A DNA stretch of 64,000 bases. Origin: Chthoniobacteraceae bacterium. Its GTDB lineage: Bacteria; Verrucomicrobiota; Verrucomicrobiia; Chthoniobacterales; Chthoniobacteraceae. The position numbers and the translations under genes were made by a program. This document shows positions 1-10,584 of this stretch, one piece after another (positions within the stretch are counted from its first letter, which is position 1; every line of letters begins with the position of its first letter). Location of the stretch: contig JBEBGD010000002.1 of assembly GCA_040081625.1 (NCBI GenBank), positions 96,001-160,000 on the forward strand, written 5' to 3'. The notes beneath the pieces were generated by a model. That model was not told the origin of the DNA. It searched no databases and worked only from the letters and a program-made list of their open reading frames with translations.

Positions 1-1
1 C

Positions 2-406
2 GAGTTCGGATTTCCGATCGCGCCCGAGATCGAGACGAAGCTGGGCGATCTCCTCGGCCCGGTCGTCGGCCGCGAGAACTGGGAGCAGATCGTCGGGTTC
101 ATGTGCGGGCTCAAGCCGGGCGATTGCCCCGCGGAGAAGCGCCACGATGCCGGCAGCGAGAAGTGCATCGCGCTTTGCTACCAGGGCGTCGATGCCGTGC
201 GCAAAATCCGCGAGGTCCTCGGGCCGACCGATCCGAGCAAGGCGCCGGCGGGCACGATCCGGCGCGAGTTTGGCTCCACGATCATGGTCAACGCCGCGCA
301 CGCGAGCGACTCGCCGGACAATGCGCAACGCGAGATGGGCATCGTAAAAATCGCCGAGAACAACCTGCGCTCGCTGATCGAGAGCTGGTATGCCGCAAAA
401 AAGTGA
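2..406 (+). CDS. ndk: Nucleoside diphosphate kinase, C-terminal part (5' truncated by window)
   Basis: Open frame from base 2; GPTDPSKAPAGTIRREFG and NAAHASDS (catalytic His) NDK motifs. Confidence 0.85.
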   Translation, partial: EFGFPIAPEIETKLGDLLGPVVGRENWEQIVGFMCGLKPGDCPAEKRHDAGSEKCIALCYQGVDAVRKIREVLGPTDPSKAPAGTIRREFGSTIMVNAAHASDSPDNAQREMGIVKIAENNLRSLIESWYAAKK

Positions 407-493
407 CGGCACGCGGAGCTTGCACTCACGCGCCGCTGCTCTAGTCCATTCCCCCGCATTTTCCAAAAACCAAAGACATTGACCACCAACGCC

Positions 494-1654
494 ATGCTCG
501 CCGAACGCGCCACCATCCTCACTCCGTCCCTCACGCTCTCGATCGACAGCAAAGCCAAGGCGATGAAAGCCGAAGGCATCGATGTGTGCAGCTTCGGCGC
601 CGGTGAGCCTGACTTCGACACGCCCGCGCACATCAAGGCCGCAGCGGTGGCCGCGATCGAGGAAGGCTTCACCAAATACACGCCCTCGAGCGGCACGCCC
701 GAGCTGCGCCAGGCCATCAGCGACAAGTTCAAGGCCGACAACAATCTCGACTACAAGCCCTCGCAGATCATCGTGAGCTGCGGCGCGAAGCACTCGTGCA
801 TCAACGCCATCCTCGCCACGGTGCAGCCGGGCGACGAAGTCATCATCCCGGCGCCCTACTGGCTCTCGTATCCGGAAATGGTGCGCATCGCCGGTGGTGA
901 CCCCGTCGTCGTTCAGACCAAGCAGGAGAACGGTTGGAAGATGACGCCCGACGAATTCCAGGACGCGATGACGCCGCGCACGAAGATGGTGATCATCAAC
1001 TCGCCGGGCAATCCGACCGGCGCGGTCTATACGCGCGACGAACTGGCGGCGCTCGTCGAAGTCGCGCTGGGCGAAGACATCCTGATGCTCAGCGACGAGA
1101 TCTACGAGAAGCTCACCTACGACGACGTAAAGCACACGAGCCTCGCGTCGATCTCGCCGGAAGCCTACGCGCTGACGATCACGGTGAACGGATTTTCCAA
1201 GAGCTACTCGATGACCGGCTGGCGGCTCGGCTACCTCGGTGCGCCCGAGCCGATCGCGAAAGCCATCGACGCGATCCAGAGCCACAGCACGTCGAACCCG
1301 ACGAGCTTTGCGCAAAAGGGCGGCCTCGCGGCGCTCAAGGGCGACCAGTCGGCGGTCGAGGACATGCGCGCGGAGTTCGACATGCGCCGGCAATACATGG
1401 TCGGCCGCCTGCAGTCGATCGATCGCGTGAGCGTGGTCATGCCGCAGGGCGCCTTCTACGTGCTCGCGAACATCAGCCAGCTCGGCCTCAGCTCGACGAA
1501 TTTCGCCGACCGTCTGCTCAGCAAGCATCACGTCGCGGTCGTGCCCGGCGTCGCTTTCGGCCACGATGGCACCGTGCGTTTCAGCTACGCGACCAGCCTC
1601 GACATCATCAAGAAGGGCCTGGATCGGTTCGAGGAATTCTGCCGCACGCTGTAG
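494..1654 (+). CDS. aspC: PLP-dependent class I aminotransferase (aspartate aminotransferase-like)
   Basis: GEPDFDTP, NSPGNPTG, SDEIY and SKSYSMTGWRLG (PLP Lys); ATG at 494 chosen over TTG at 479. Confidence 0.9.
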   Translation: MLAERATILTPSLTLSIDSKAKAMKAEGIDVCSFGAGEPDFDTPAHIKAAAVAAIEEGFTKYTPSSGTPELRQAISDKFKADNNLDYKPSQIIVSCGAKHSCINAILATVQPGDEVIIPAPYWLSYPEMVRIAGGDPVVVQTKQENGWKMTPDEFQDAMTPRTKMVIINSPGNPTGAVYTRDELAALVEVALGEDILMLSDEIYEKLTYDDVKHTSLASISPEAYALTITVNGFSKSYSMTGWRLGYLGAPEPIAKAIDAIQSHSTSNPTSFAQKGGLAALKGDQSAVEDMRAEFDMRRQYMVGRLQSIDRVSVVMPQGAFYVLANISQLGLSSTNFADRLLSKHHVAVVPGVAFGHDGTVRFSYATSLDIIKKGLDRFEEFCRTL

Positions 1655-1801
1655 AGCGGAGTTAGAAAAGACGGGATCGCGGTGCGTCGGTGCGTCGGCG
1701 CGATGAGCCGGCGGCCGCTTCATGGCGCCGCCATGCGGGGGCGCCTTCGCCACGACAAGGTGTAGTTTCAAAACGCCGTGCCCGCTGGTATTCCCTCCCG
1801 A

Positions 1802-3244
1802 ATGAAATCCCCCGTCGCTTTCCTCGTCGCGTTGTTCGTCGCCTTTTTCGGACGCGACTTTGCCGCCGGGGCGGCGAAGCCGAACATCGTCATCATCCTC
1901 GCCGACGACCTCGGCTACGGCGATCTCGCGGGCTACGGCCATCCGAAGTTCAAGACGCCGCATCTCGACCGCATGGCGGCGGAAGGCGCGAAGCTCACGC
2001 AGTTCAACACTCCCGCGCCGTTCTGCGCGCCGACCCGCGCGGCGCTGCTCACGGGGCGCTATCCCTTCCGCTGCGGCATGACTTCCAACCCCGCGCCCGA
2101 CGGGGGCCCGGATGCGGACGCGCTGCACCTCCCGGCGAGCGAAGTCACGCTCGCGCAGCTCCTCAAGAAGGCCGGCTACGCGACGGGAATGATCGGCAAG
2201 TGGCACCTCGGCCACGCGAAGCCCGAGTGGCTGCCGACGCATCGCGGCTTCGATGAATACTTCGGCATCCCTTACTCGAACGATATGCGCCCGGTGCAGC
2301 ACTACGAGGGCGACAAGTCCGTCGAGTATCCGGTCGTCCAGGCGAACCTCACCAAGCGCTACACGGCGCGCGCGGTCAATTTCATCGAGCGAAACAAGGC
2401 GCGCCCCTTCTTCCTCTATCTCCCGCACCCGATGCCGCACAAACCGCTCGCGGCCTCGGAGGACTTCTACAAAAAAAGCGGCGACGGACTTTACGCCGAC
2501 ACCGTGGCGGAACTCGACTGGGGCGTCGGCCAGGTGCTCGCAAAGCTCAAGGCGCTCGGCCTCGACGAGAACACGCTCGTCATGTTCACGAGCGACAACG
2601 GCGCGTGGTTCGGCGGCAGCACCGGCGGGCTGCGCGGCATGAAGGGCAGCAGCTTCGAGGGCGGCTACCGCGTGCCGTGCATCGCGCGCTGGCCGGGGAG
2701 AATCCCCGCCGCCCACACGAGCGCGCAGCCCGCGGTGATGATGGATCTTTTCGCCACCGCGCTCAAAGCCGCGAACGTCGAGCCGCCGAAGAATCGCGTG
2801 ATCGACGGTCGCGACATCATGCCGCTCTTCACCTCCGGCGCGAAAAGCCCGCACGACGTGATCCTCGGCGCGCAGGGAGCGAACCTCGCGACCGTGCGCG
2901 ACGCGCGGTGGAAGCTGCACGTGCTGGCCGGGCGCGATGGGTTCAAGGGCTTCGACAAACCCGGCGAGCGCTGGATCGATCCGCGCGGCCCGGACGGCGT
3001 CACGATCATCGCGCCCTACGAGCAATCGCAGCCGAGCGAGCATCCCGGCCTGCGCACCGGCGACGAACCGAAGCCGATGCAGCTCTTCGATCTCCAGGCC
3101 GATCCCGGCGAGCAGCGCAACGTCGCCGCGCAGCACCCGGACGTCGTCGAGCGGCTAAGGAAAGCCTTCGACGCCATCAACGCGCAACCGCGCGAGCACC
3201 CGACGCAATCCCCGGCGCGGCAGAATCCGAAAGCCGCGAAATGA
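1802..3244 (+). CDS. Secreted Cys-type sulfatase (arylsulfatase A-like)
   Basis: Signal peptide, PNIVIILADDLG, CAPTRAALLTG, GKWHLG, SDNG. Confidence 0.92.
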   Translation: MKSPVAFLVALFVAFFGRDFAAGAAKPNIVIILADDLGYGDLAGYGHPKFKTPHLDRMAAEGAKLTQFNTPAPFCAPTRAALLTGRYPFRCGMTSNPAPDGGPDADALHLPASEVTLAQLLKKAGYATGMIGKWHLGHAKPEWLPTHRGFDEYFGIPYSNDMRPVQHYEGDKSVEYPVVQANLTKRYTARAVNFIERNKARPFFLYLPHPMPHKPLAASEDFYKKSGDGLYADTVAELDWGVGQVLAKLKALGLDENTLVMFTSDNGAWFGGSTGGLRGMKGSSFEGGYRVPCIARWPGRIPAAHTSAQPAVMMDLFATALKAANVEPPKNRVIDGRDIMPLFTSGAKSPHDVILGAQGANLATVRDARWKLHVLAGRDGFKGFDKPGERWIDPRGPDGVTIIAPYEQSQPSEHPGLRTGDEPKPMQLFDLQADPGEQRNVAAQHPDVVERLRKAFDAINAQPREHPTQSPARQNPKAAK

Positions 3245-4647
3245 TTCGAGTCATCGTCCTCACGATTGCCCTGCTGTTCCCCGCCTCGCTCCGGGCGGCG
3301 GAGGCGGCGATCGACCTCGGGTCGCGGCGCGAACTGTTCGTCGATCGCCTGCTGATCGGCGAACTCAAGGGCGCCGCGCTCAAGCTCCACACGCCGCAGC
3401 TCGCGCCGCCGGTTTCGCCGCCGCGGCCGCAGGGGCATTACGCGACCGTGCTGCGCGCGGCGGACAAGTTTCAGTTCTACTACCGCGGCGACCAAAAGCC
3501 GGGGAACCACTGGAAGGCGGGCTGGGAGCAGTATCACGCCGGCGAGGTGACGCTGTATGCGGAGAGCACGGATGCGATCGCGTGGACCGTGCCGAAGCTC
3601 GGCATCTACAAGCATCCGACCTTCCCCGAGGACAACATCGTGCTCATGGACGAGTTCCTCGTGAGTCACAACTTCACGCCGTTCATCGACACGAAGCCCG
3701 GCGTGCCCGCGGACCAGAAATACAAGGCGCTCGGCGGGCTCGCCTATCAGCCGCACAAAGAACACCTCGCCGTGCGCGACAAGCGCGGCCCCGGCGGATT
3801 GAAGGCGTTCGTCTCGCCCGACGGCATCCATTGGAAAAAGCTGCGCGACGAGCCGGTCATCCCGGAGGCTTGGGGCAAATACTTCGACTCGCAGAACTAC
3901 GCATTCTGGAGCGAGAGCGAGCAGAGCTACGTCTGCTACTTCCGCCGTTTCATCAACGGCGTGCGCGGCATCGCCCGCACCACGTCGCAGGATTTCATCA
4001 CCTGGACGCCCTTCGTCGAGATGGCGGCGAACCTGCCGAAGGAGCATCTCTACACCGCCTGCACGCAGCCCTATTTCCGCGCGCCGCACATCTACGTCGC
4101 GCTGCCCACGCGCTTCATGGACAAACGCGGCGCGGCCACGGACATCCTGTTGATGAGCACGCGCGGCGGCGGCAGCTACGACCGCACATTCACGCAGAGC
4201 TTCATCCGTCCCGGTATCGGCAGGGAAGGCTGGGCGAACCGCGCGAACTACGCCGCGATCGGCATCCATCAAACGAGCGACACGGAGCTGTCGATGTTCC
4301 TCACCGGCGGCCGGCGCTACACGCTGCGGCTCGATGGATTTGCGTCGGTGAACGCTCCACTGGAAGGCGGCGAACTTGTGACGAAGCCGTTCACCTTCAC
4401 CGGCAAAAAACTGGAGATCAATTGCTCCACGAGCGCCGCCGGACAGATCCGCGCCGAGCTTCAAGACGCTGATGGCAAGCCGCTCCCAGGCTTCGCGCTC
4501 GAAGAGAGCGAGCCGATCTGGGGCGACTACATCGCGCACGAGGTGAAGTGGAAAGGCGGCGCCGATCTCGGCGCGCTCGCCGGCAGGCCAGTCACGCTGC
4601 GCTTTGAAATGAGTGATGCGGATCTGTTCTCGATCCGCTTTCACTGA
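3241..4647 (+). CDS. Secreted beta-propeller glycoside-hydrolase-like protein with C-terminal beta domain
   Basis: ATGA overlap with upstream stop; signal peptide; RRELFVD, SPDGIHW, FDSQN, SQDFITW, LRLDGFAS. Confidence 0.7.
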   Translation: MIRVIVLTIALLFPASLRAAEAAIDLGSRRELFVDRLLIGELKGAALKLHTPQLAPPVSPPRPQGHYATVLRAADKFQFYYRGDQKPGNHWKAGWEQYHAGEVTLYAESTDAIAWTVPKLGIYKHPTFPEDNIVLMDEFLVSHNFTPFIDTKPGVPADQKYKALGGLAYQPHKEHLAVRDKRGPGGLKAFVSPDGIHWKKLRDEPVIPEAWGKYFDSQNYAFWSESEQSYVCYFRRFINGVRGIARTTSQDFITWTPFVEMAANLPKEHLYTACTQPYFRAPHIYVALPTRFMDKRGAATDILLMSTRGGGSYDRTFTQSFIRPGIGREGWANRANYAAIGIHQTSDTELSMFLTGGRRYTLRLDGFASVNAPLEGGELVTKPFTFTGKKLEINCSTSAAGQIRAELQDADGKPLPGFALEESEPIWGDYIAHEVKWKGGADLGALAGRPVTLRFEMSDADLFSIRFH

Positions 4648-4661
4648 ACCGTCCTCGCGAT

Positions 4662-6317
4662 ATGAAAAAAACACTCGTCGTTCTCGCCTCGCTTTTTCTC
4701 CTGACCCCGTCGGTGCATCGCGCCGCCGAGCGCAGACCAAACGTGATCTTCATCCTCACCGACGACCAGGGGTGGAACGATGCGCGCTTCGCGGGGCATC
4801 CGTATGTGAAGACGCCGAACCTCGATAAGTTCGCGTCGCAGGGCACTTGGCTGCGGCAGTTCTATGTCGCGGCGACGGTGTGCTCGCCGAGCCGGGCGGC
4901 GTTCATGACTTCACACGCGCCGACGCGGCATCTCGTCCACGGGCACTTCGCCACTCACGAGCAGAACGCGGCGCGTTCGATGCCGGACTGGCTCGATCCG
5001 AAGGCCACGACGTTGCCGCGGCTGCTGCGCGGCGCGGGCTATGCGACGGCGCATTTCGGGAAGTGGCATCTCGGCAGCGGGCCGGGCGCGCCACCGCCGG
5101 GCGACTATGGCTTCGATGTGACGAAGACGGTGAACGCGAACGGGCCGCAGCTCGGCGATGAGGCGAAGGAGCCTTTCTTCCGCGCGAAATCGACGGAGCT
5201 GATCGTGGATGAGACGATCGCCTTCATCAGAGCGAACAAGGATCGCCCGTTCTACGCGAACGTGTGGACGCTCGTGCCGCACGCGCTGCTCAAGCCGACG
5301 CCGGAGCAGCTCGCGGTGTATGAATCGATCGCGCCCTCGGCGAACGATCCGGCGTTCGGGCCGTGGATGAAGGGGTATCTCGCGAACGCGAAGGACTTGA
5401 AGAGCCAGATGCAGGTCTTCTGCGCGACGCTCACCGATCTCGACACGCAGCTCGGCCGGCTCTTCGCCGCGCTCGATGAGCTGAAGCTCGCGGACGACAC
5501 GATCATTTTCTTTTCGAGCGACAACGGCGCGGAGGACTATCGCATCGGCAACGCGTCGAACGCGGGCGTGGGCAACACCGGGCCGCTGCGCGCGCGCAAG
5601 CGCAGCATGTATGAAGGCGGCATTCGCACGTTCGGTCTGCTGCGCTGGCCGGGGCATGTGCCGGCGGGGAAACGGGACGAGACGAGCGTGACCGGCGGCG
5701 TGGATTTCCTGCCGACGATCTGCAAGCTCGCGGGCGTGACCGTGCCCGCGACCGTGCAGCCGGATGGCGAGGACGTGAGCGACATCTGGCTCGGTAAATC
5801 GCGCCCGCGCACGAAGCCGCTGCATTGGGAATGGCTCTACCGCGTGCAGGGCGACGACTACACGCCGCCGATGCTCGCGACCCGCGATGGCGGGTGGAAG
5901 CTTTTCGTGAATCACGACGGCACGCATGCGCAGCTCTACGATATCCCGAAGGACATCGGCGAGGAACATGACGTCGCGGCGGCGCATCCCGACATCGTGC
6001 GATCGCTCACGGCGAAGACGCTCGCGTGGGTGAAGACGCTGCCGCCGAGCAAGGCGCGCGATGAAGTGGCGGCGTCCGGGAAACCACAGGACAGGCCGCG
6101 CGCCGCGGTGAAGCCGGCGAACGCGAAGGCCGCCACGCTGGACCGGCCGGCGATCTTCAAGAAGTGGGACACGAGCCACGACGGCACGCTCACGCTTGAG
6201 GAATACAAGGCGGGGCTCGGCAGGAAGGACGACGCGGAGCAGCGCTTCAAAAACTTCGACACGAATCGCGACGGCGTCCTGAGCGAGGCTGAATTCGTCA
6301 ACTCCGGGAAGCGTTGA
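4662..6317 (+). CDS. Secreted sulfatase with C-terminal EF-hand pair
   Basis: CSPSRAAFMT, GKWHLG; DTSHDGTLTLEE and DTNRDGVLSEAE EF-hand loops. Confidence 0.92.
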   Translation: MKKTLVVLASLFLLTPSVHRAAERRPNVIFILTDDQGWNDARFAGHPYVKTPNLDKFASQGTWLRQFYVAATVCSPSRAAFMTSHAPTRHLVHGHFATHEQNAARSMPDWLDPKATTLPRLLRGAGYATAHFGKWHLGSGPGAPPPGDYGFDVTKTVNANGPQLGDEAKEPFFRAKSTELIVDETIAFIRANKDRPFYANVWTLVPHALLKPTPEQLAVYESIAPSANDPAFGPWMKGYLANAKDLKSQMQVFCATLTDLDTQLGRLFAALDELKLADDTIIFFSSDNGAEDYRIGNASNAGVGNTGPLRARKRSMYEGGIRTFGLLRWPGHVPAGKRDETSVTGGVDFLPTICKLAGVTVPATVQPDGEDVSDIWLGKSRPRTKPLHWEWLYRVQGDDYTPPMLATRDGGWKLFVNHDGTHAQLYDIPKDIGEEHDVAAAHPDIVRSLTAKTLAWVKTLPPSKARDEVAASGKPQDRPRAAVKPANAKAATLDRPAIFKKWDTSHDGTLTLEEYKAGLGRKDDAEQRFKNFDTNRDGVLSEAEFVNSGKR

Positions 6318-6399
6318 GCCGGAAACCAACGCTCGCAGCCGCCACCCGCGAAATATAATTCCCCTCGACGATCGGACCCGCAAAACTCTCACCCTCTCT

Positions 6400-7773
6400 A
6401 TGAATACAAACCACACCCCCGTCTCCCCGGTCACCCGGCGGAGTTTCCTCCAAACTGGCGCCGTGCTCACGACCGGCATCGCTTCGCTCTCGATGCGCGC
6501 GCGGGCGCAGACGAACAAGAACAGCAAGCTGCGCATCTTCCACATCGGCGTCGGCGGCGTCGCGGCGATGCAACGCAAGGCGCTGAAGGATCATCCCATG
6601 GTCGAGTTCGCCGGCTTCTGCGACGTGGACAAGCGCGAGCTGGACAAGATCTCGAAGGAATTCCCGAACGCGTGGACGCTCCAGGATTACCGCGAGGCCT
6701 TCGCGAATCGCGCCGACCAGTTCGACGCCGTGATCGTCGATACGCCGGACTTTCACCACGCGCCGATGATGCTCACGGCGCTCAAGCACAACAAACATCT
6801 CTTCGGCCAGAAGCCGCTCGTGCAGCAGCTCGACGAGTTGCGGATGATCCGCGACGGGCTCGCCGCGCGACCGAAGCTCGTGACGCAGATGGGCAACCAG
6901 CGTGCGTGCAAGGAAGGCCGCATGCAGGCGGTGGAAATCCTGCGCAAGAACCAGCTCGGCAAACCGGTCGAGGCGCATGTGTGGACGGGCGCCGTCGCGC
7001 GCGGGACTTACTTCGTGGAGCCGTGGAGCGAATACACGCCGGCCACGCCGCTACCCGAGGGCTTCAACTGGGACCTCTGGCGCGGGCCGCTCATGGACGA
7101 CCTGCCTTTCAGCGAAGACCTCGCGCCGAAACGCTGGCGCGCGTTTTGGGAGACCGGCGGCGGACAACTCGCCGACTGGGGCTGCCACCTGCTCGACCTG
7201 CTCTACTTCGCCTACGACCTGCCCGCGCCCGAGGCCGTGCTCACGCACACTCCGAAGCCGGCGGGAACCGCCCACTCGTCGCACAACCTGAGCACGCTCA
7301 CGTATCCCGGCGGGAAGAAATTCGCGCGCAGCAAATTCGTCGTTCACTACAACGACACCGGCCTGATGCCGTCCTTCGCCTCGCTCGGCCTGCCCGACAC
7401 GAAGCTCGGCCACAATCACACCATGGTCGTCTGCGAAGGCGGCACGCTGCTGCTCCAGGCCGACGGGAAGTTCACCATCTTCCGCAAGGGCAAGGTCGTG
7501 GAGAATGAGCCGCTGCCGAAGACCGAGCCGCACGATCACTGGAAGGACTGGGCCGACAACTGCCTCGGCGAAAAGAAACACCTGTGGACGCCGCTCACCA
7601 TCGGCTGGCGCATCACCGAGCCCGCGCTGCTCGCGGTGAAGGCCACGCGCTTCCCCGGCGAAGACCTGCGCTGGGACCGGGAGAACTTCCGCTTCAGCAA
7701 TCACGAGAAAGCGAACGCGGAGATCGTCGGTCGTAAATACCGCCCCGGCTTCGAGCCGCCGAAAGTCGCCTGA
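6400..7773 (+). CDS. Tat-exported Gfo/Idh/MocA oxidoreductase
   Basis: TRRSFL Tat motif; IGVGG, TPDFHH, QKP, DWGCH. Confidence 0.88.
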   Translation: MNTNHTPVSPVTRRSFLQTGAVLTTGIASLSMRARAQTNKNSKLRIFHIGVGGVAAMQRKALKDHPMVEFAGFCDVDKRELDKISKEFPNAWTLQDYREAFANRADQFDAVIVDTPDFHHAPMMLTALKHNKHLFGQKPLVQQLDELRMIRDGLAARPKLVTQMGNQRACKEGRMQAVEILRKNQLGKPVEAHVWTGAVARGTYFVEPWSEYTPATPLPEGFNWDLWRGPLMDDLPFSEDLAPKRWRAFWETGGGQLADWGCHLLDLLYFAYDLPAPEAVLTHTPKPAGTAHSSHNLSTLTYPGGKKFARSKFVVHYNDTGLMPSFASLGLPDTKLGHNHTMVVCEGGTLLLQADGKFTIFRKGKVVENEPLPKTEPHDHWKDWADNCLGEKKHLWTPLTIGWRITEPALLAVKATRFPGEDLRWDRENFRFSNHEKANAEIVGRKYRPGFEPPKVA

Positions 7774-7782
7774 CCCGGAGCC

Positions 7783-9213
7783 ATGCGCTTCGCCGCCATC
7801 CTGCTCGCCCTCGGCTTCGTCGCGCACGCGGCGAAGCCGCCGAACATCGTCTTCATCCTCGCCGACGACCTCGGCTGGACGGACATCGCGGTGCAAGGCT
7901 CGAAGTATTACGAGACGCCGAACATCGACCGGCTCGCCGCGCAGGGCACGCGGTTCACCCGCTATCACAACTGCCAGAACTGCCAGCCCACGCGCGCCGC
8001 GCTGCTCAGCGGGCAATACGGCGCGCGCACGGGCGTCTATACCGTCGGCGACATCGGGCGCTTCGAGTGGCAGACGCGTCCGCTGCGGCCCGCGGAGAAT
8101 GTGACCAAGCTGCCGCTCGATCGCATCACCATCGCGCAGCAACTCAAGACGGCGGGCTATGTGACCGGGATGTTTGGCAAGTGGCACCTCGGCGAGAGCG
8201 CTGACTATCATCCGGGCAAGCGCGGCTTCGACGAGGCGATCTCGTCGGCGGGCAAACACTTCGACTTCGCCACGAGCCCGAAGACGCCCTACGCGGAGGG
8301 CACCTATCTCGCCGACTTCCTCACCGACAAGGCGGAGGCGTTCATCCGGAAGCATAAGGATCAGCCGTTCTTCCTGTATCTGCCGCACTTCGGCGTCCAC
8401 TCGCCGTATCAGGCGAAGAAGGAGCTGATCGCGCGCTTCAAGCCGAAGGCCGCGGCGGGCGGGCATCACGATCCCGTCTATGCCGCGATGATCGCGAGCG
8501 TGGATGAAAGCGTGGGCCACGTGATGGCTGTGCTCGACGAACTCAAGCTCGCCGACAACACCGTGCTCATCTTTTCCTCCGACAACGGCGGCGTCGGCGG
8601 GTATGCGCGCGAAGGCATCAAGAAAGCCAACGACACGACTGACAACGCGCCACTGCGCAGCGGCAAAGGCAGCCTCTACGAAGGCGGCACGCGCGTGCCC
8701 TTCATCGTGCGCTGGCCCGGCATCACTCCGCCCGGCACGACCAATGACGTGCCGACGATCCACGTCGATGTCTATCCCACCTTCCTCGAACTCGCCGGCG
8801 CGAAGCGACCCGCCGACTACACGCTCGATGGCATGAGCCTCGTGCCGCTCTTCCGCGCACCGGGTGCGGGGCTCAAGCGCGACGCGATCTACCAGCACAT
8901 GCCCGGCTACCTCGGCGCGGGCGAAGACACCTGGCGCACAGCGCCGGTCGGCCTGATCGAGGCCGGCGACTGGAAGCTAATGGAGTTCTTCGAGGACCGC
9001 CGGCTCGAGCTCTACAACCTGCGCGAGGACATCGGCGAGAAGACCAACCTCGCGGAGAAGATGCCCGACAAGGTGAAGGAACTTCACGCGAAGATGGTGG
9101 CGTGGCGCGAGGCGATCAAAGCCCCGATGCCGACGCCGAACACTGAGGTCAAATCCGCCGCGCCTGAAGCGAAGCCTGGTAAGGGCAAGCGGAAGAAAAA
9201 AGCCGTCGAGTAA
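7783..9213 (+). CDS. Secreted sulfatase
   Basis: CQPTRAALLSG, GKWHLG, SDNGG; Lys-rich tail. Confidence 0.92.
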   Translation: MRFAAILLALGFVAHAAKPPNIVFILADDLGWTDIAVQGSKYYETPNIDRLAAQGTRFTRYHNCQNCQPTRAALLSGQYGARTGVYTVGDIGRFEWQTRPLRPAENVTKLPLDRITIAQQLKTAGYVTGMFGKWHLGESADYHPGKRGFDEAISSAGKHFDFATSPKTPYAEGTYLADFLTDKAEAFIRKHKDQPFFLYLPHFGVHSPYQAKKELIARFKPKAAAGGHHDPVYAAMIASVDESVGHVMAVLDELKLADNTVLIFSSDNGGVGGYAREGIKKANDTTDNAPLRSGKGSLYEGGTRVPFIVRWPGITPPGTTNDVPTIHVDVYPTFLELAGAKRPADYTLDGMSLVPLFRAPGAGLKRDAIYQHMPGYLGAGEDTWRTAPVGLIEAGDWKLMEFFEDRRLELYNLREDIGEKTNLAEKMPDKVKELHAKMVAWREAIKAPMPTPNTEVKSAAPEAKPGKGKRKKKAVE

Positions 9214-9259
9214 GGCCAGACGGCGCTCGCTCCGTTATTCCCTCAAGCGACACCAACTC

Positions 9260-10576
9260 ATGAACCCCCACGACACCACACGCCGCGACTTTCTCCACAC
9301 GGCATCGAAATCCACCGCTGCCGGGCTCGCGCTGGCTTCGCTGCCGGTCGCGCGGTTTGCGCACGCGGCGGGGTCGGATGAGCTCAAGGTCGCGCTCGTC
9401 GGTTGCGGCGGGCGCGGGACGGGTGCGGCGAATCAGTCGATGAACGTGACCAAGGGCGTGAAGCTCGTGGCGATGGCGGACATCGCGCGCGACCGGCTGG
9501 ACAAGAGCCTGCAGATCCTCAAGACGCAGCATCCCGACCAGGTCGATGTCTCGATGGGGAACCAGTTCATCGGCTTCGATGCCTACAAGGACGCCATGGC
9601 GCTCGCGGACCTTGTGTTCGTCACGTCGCCGCAGGGCTTTCATCCGGTTCACGTCGAGGAAGCGGTGCGGCAGGGGAAGCATGTCTTCGTCGAGAAGCCG
9701 CTCGCGGTGGATGCGCCGGGCGTGCGCCGCGTGCTCGCGGCGGCGGAGGCGGCGAAGAAGAAGAATCTCAAGATCGGCGTCGGGCTGCAACGGCATCACC
9801 AACCCGCCTACATCGAGACGGTGAAGCGGCTGCATGACGGCGCGGTGGGAGAGATCACTTCGATGACGTGCTACTGGCTCGGGAACGCGCGCGCCGGGCT
9901 GGAGCGGCTGCCGGGCGAAGGCGAGCTGCAATATCAGCTTCGGAATTGGTATTACTTCACGTGGATCTCAGGCGACTTCATCGTCGATCAGCACATCCAC
10001 AACATCGACATCATCAACTGGATCAAGGGCGGCCATCCGGTGCGCGCGCAGGGCATGGGCGGGCGGCAGGTGCGCAATGATCCGAAGCTGCACGGGCAGA
10101 TTTTCGATCATCACTTCGTCGAGTATGAATGGGCGGACGGCTCGAAGCTATCGAGCCAGTGCCGGCAGGGGCAGCCGGGCACGCATCAGGTGGTGAGCGA
10201 ACACGTCGTGGGCACGAAGGGCCGCGCCGATCTGAATGTCGGGTCGCGGCTGTTTCGCATCACCGGCCCGAACGCATGGGAAACGCGGCTCAAGAAGGGC
10301 GAGGACGGGCATCAGCTCGAGCACTTCCCGCTCATCGAAGCGATCCGCAACGACACGCCTTACAACGAACTCGAGATGGCCGCGACGAGCACGATGACCG
10401 CGATCATGGGCCGCATGGCGACATACTCCGGCAAGCTCATCGAGTGGGATGAGGCGATCAATTCCAAGCTCCAGCTCATGCCGGAGAAGGTCACGTGGGA
10501 CATGCCGCCGCCGGTCGTGCCGGACGCGAACGGCCACTATCCCATCGCGACGCCCGGCGTGACCGTCGCTCTCTAA
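9260..10576 (+). CDS. Tat-exported Gfo/Idh/MocA oxidoreductase
   Basis: TRRDFL; VGCGGRG, VEKP, DQHIHNID. Confidence 0.9.
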   Translation: MNPHDTTRRDFLHTASKSTAAGLALASLPVARFAHAAGSDELKVALVGCGGRGTGAANQSMNVTKGVKLVAMADIARDRLDKSLQILKTQHPDQVDVSMGNQFIGFDAYKDAMALADLVFVTSPQGFHPVHVEEAVRQGKHVFVEKPLAVDAPGVRRVLAAAEAAKKKNLKIGVGLQRHHQPAYIETVKRLHDGAVGEITSMTCYWLGNARAGLERLPGEGELQYQLRNWYYFTWISGDFIVDQHIHNIDIINWIKGGHPVRAQGMGGRQVRNDPKLHGQIFDHHFVEYEWADGSKLSSQCRQGQPGTHQVVSEHVVGTKGRADLNVGSRLFRITGPNAWETRLKKGEDGHQLEHFPLIEAIRNDTPYNELEMAATSTMTAIMGRMATYSGKLIEWDEAINSKLQLMPEKVTWDMPPPVVPDANGHYPIATPGVTVAL

Positions 10577-10584
10577 TTCCACCT